A stretch of DNA of 64,000 nucleotides from Dicyema japonicum (lineage: Eukaryota > Animalia > Dicyemida): the NCBI GenBank assembly GCA_011109175.1, contig RDEW01000001.1, forward strand, positions 1,068,360 through 1,132,359, written 5' to 3'. The notes beneath the pieces are model-generated. The model made no database searches and was not told where the DNA came from. It saw only the letters and a program-made list of their open reading frames with translations. The position numbers were made by a program, and so were the translations under genes. Positions 62,370 through 64,000 of the stretch are shown here, piece by piece (position 1 is the first letter of the stretch; every line of letters begins with the position of its first letter).

Positions 62370-63490
62370 CCAGCTTTGTAAAGACCAATAGCGCTCTTGT
62401 GTGCCATGGATAAACTCATTCTCAATCAGATTAAACCTTACCTCCCAGACGTATCCTTCCAACATGGATTTAAGAAGGCTCGTTCGACAACTACCCACCT
62501 TACCTGCCTGACAAAATTCATCAAGGAAGGCCTTCAACGCAAACCTCGGCATCAAAAGACCACTATGTGTTCCATTGAAATACAGAAGGCTTTTTATTCG
62601 ATTCTGAAAAAACTGCTCACTAGGAAGATTTATGGCTCTAACATTCAGAACAACTTGAAAATTTGGCTTGCAAACTTCCTCAACAGACGAGAAAAAATCT
62701 CCCATTCCAAATCTTCAATCACTAAATTTCTACCGAACGGGGTCCCGCAAGGATACCTCTTTCTCCCATTTATTCAACCTATTCATGAGCGACATGACTT
62801 CTTACAGCTGCGACGATTATTTATTCCTTGCTTACACCAACGACTTAATCCTGGGGACAAGAGACCAGTGCATCCACACAGCGAGTACCCATTACAAGAT
62901 TCATAGATAACCTAAACTGTTGGCTTACAAGAAACCAACTACACACAAGTCCTCAATAGTCGTGCTCTATGATCTTCACTTTCAATAGAAGATTGACTAA
63001 CTCGGCGCCTCCATTGACCCTAAATGGAATAACAATCCCCTCCACAAATTCAACCAAAAACTGGGGGTCACATATGACCTACTAATGACCTTCAGCAAAC
63101 ATGCGAGCGACATAATCACCTCTTCTCAGAGAAAATTAAACTTTGTAAAAACGCTACTTGGATACTAAAAGAGATGGTTCCACCCAATAGTAGATCATCT
63201 CTACTACCAATTCATACTTCCGTCAATCAGTTACTGCTGTGCGGGTGGGGAACTAACATATCCCACACCAACCTAAAGAAATTAAACTCCTTCCAAGAGA
63301 CAGTAGCGAAAACCTTACAAAGATCCTCCTCGTCATTAAAACCAACTCCGTTCGAGGAACTAGGAGCTCAGCCAAAACCCCTAAACTTCCGAAAAGTGAT
63401 TCGTCCATACAGGAAGTGTGGACCTGGGGGTCCTTGGATCACCTGACGGCCTTTACCTTCCTTTGTTTTGTCGGAGTTTCTTAGTTTTTA
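62370..63490 (+). mobile_element. LINE RT and C-terminal region, frameshifted
   Basis: RPIALLC, FQHGFKKARST, IQKAF, GVPQG, KLGVTYD; ends WIT*. Confidence 0.85.
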
Positions 63491-63529
63491 AATTAAAATT
63501 AAAAAAAAGTACCCAGATGTTTCAAATTC

Positions 63530-64000
63530 CTAAATTGACCAAAAATAGTTCAGGAACAATTTAATGCAACGTGTCGTCATGTGGTCAATCTTTTATGGTG
63601 GCGCCGAGTGCTTCTATGGCCAAAAAACAACCTGCACTTTTCCCCCATCTGGAGTCATCTCCAGATGACAACCCTGCTGCCTCAGTCTCCTCTGGATAAA
63701 AGACCTAGCCTTACTACTTGCCGGCGAAGTGGAGCAAAACCCAGGACCGCAACTAACGATTCTACAGCTTAACATCAATGGAATCAGAGGAAAAATTCTT
63801 AAATTACAAGCTTTTCTAAATAGACAAAATGTAAATGTGGCAGCAATTCAAGAGACCAGATTGACGCCTACCTCAACTATTCCTTCCTTCCCTGAATACA
63901 ACTGCATTCATTTGGACCGGTTGAACTTGAAAGGCGGAGGCCTCATGTTCATCACTAAAAATAGGTTACTATATACTGACAGCACAGATGACCTCAAGTC
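63530..64000 (+). mobile_element. 5' end of an Ingi/Vingi-like LINE: leader, short peptide, 2A-like motif and APE endonuclease (runs off the window)
   Basis: ATG at 63579 is in frame (one TGA at 63666) with LWIKDLALLLAGEVEQNPGP (63690-63749), then LTILQLNINGIRGK...VAAIQETRL...DR...KGGGL. Confidence 0.85.

Noticed and set aside
63666-63668. In-frame TGA before the 2A motif as programmed readthrough or selenocysteine
   Set aside because: A single CGA-to-TGA type mutation in a decaying element is simpler, and I saw no SECIS-like support.
1-64000. Whole window being microsporidian or prokaryotic; CRISPR arrays, rRNA or satellite arrays
   Set aside because: Intron-rich UGGT, ATP synthase c, mL41 and axonemal genes exclude those sources. 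No repeat-spacer array, rRNA or long satellite was seen.

Overview
AT-rich eukaryotic scaffold in which short islands of host genes lie among dense, mostly decayed transposon debris. I read five apparently functional host genes, all with tiny (about 21-27 nt) GT-AG introns: CCDC151/ODAD3 (12641-14731 +), SPAG16/PF20 (33423-35514 -), MRPL41 (36293-36828 -), ATP synthase subunit c (45695-46077 -) and UGGT (50922-55687 +). There is also a broken dynamin copy, a Y-box/cold-shock gene fragment, a LAMP-like gene and a few unassigned gene fragments. Micro-introns, motile-cilium genes, OXPHOS genes and animal-type transposons together point to a genome-reduced but ciliated animal parasite, most plausibly a dicyemid; this is inference, not verified. 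Mobile DNA includes CRE-clade and R4-like RLE retrotransposons, RTE and Ingi/Vingi/Jockey-type APE LINEs, a tRNA-derived SINE, and hAT, pogo, Mutator and Ginger-like DNA transposon remnants. The most interesting patterns are: (1) short RIME-like bipartite elements that share a structured 5' leader with a 2A-APE LINE and a covarying 3' hairpin overlapping a conserved 'GIT*' ORF end; (2) CRE elements with an N-terminal PHD finger; (3) an R4-like element that from memory resembles microsporidian elements; (4) RFX X-box-like motifs 9-15 nt upstream of both ciliary start codons; (5) a dynamin fragment between Mutator-like inverted ends. Many 90-230 nt tandem duplications look like assembly artefacts. 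All family assignments were made by eye from remembered sequences; no searches were run, and TE boundaries are approximate.
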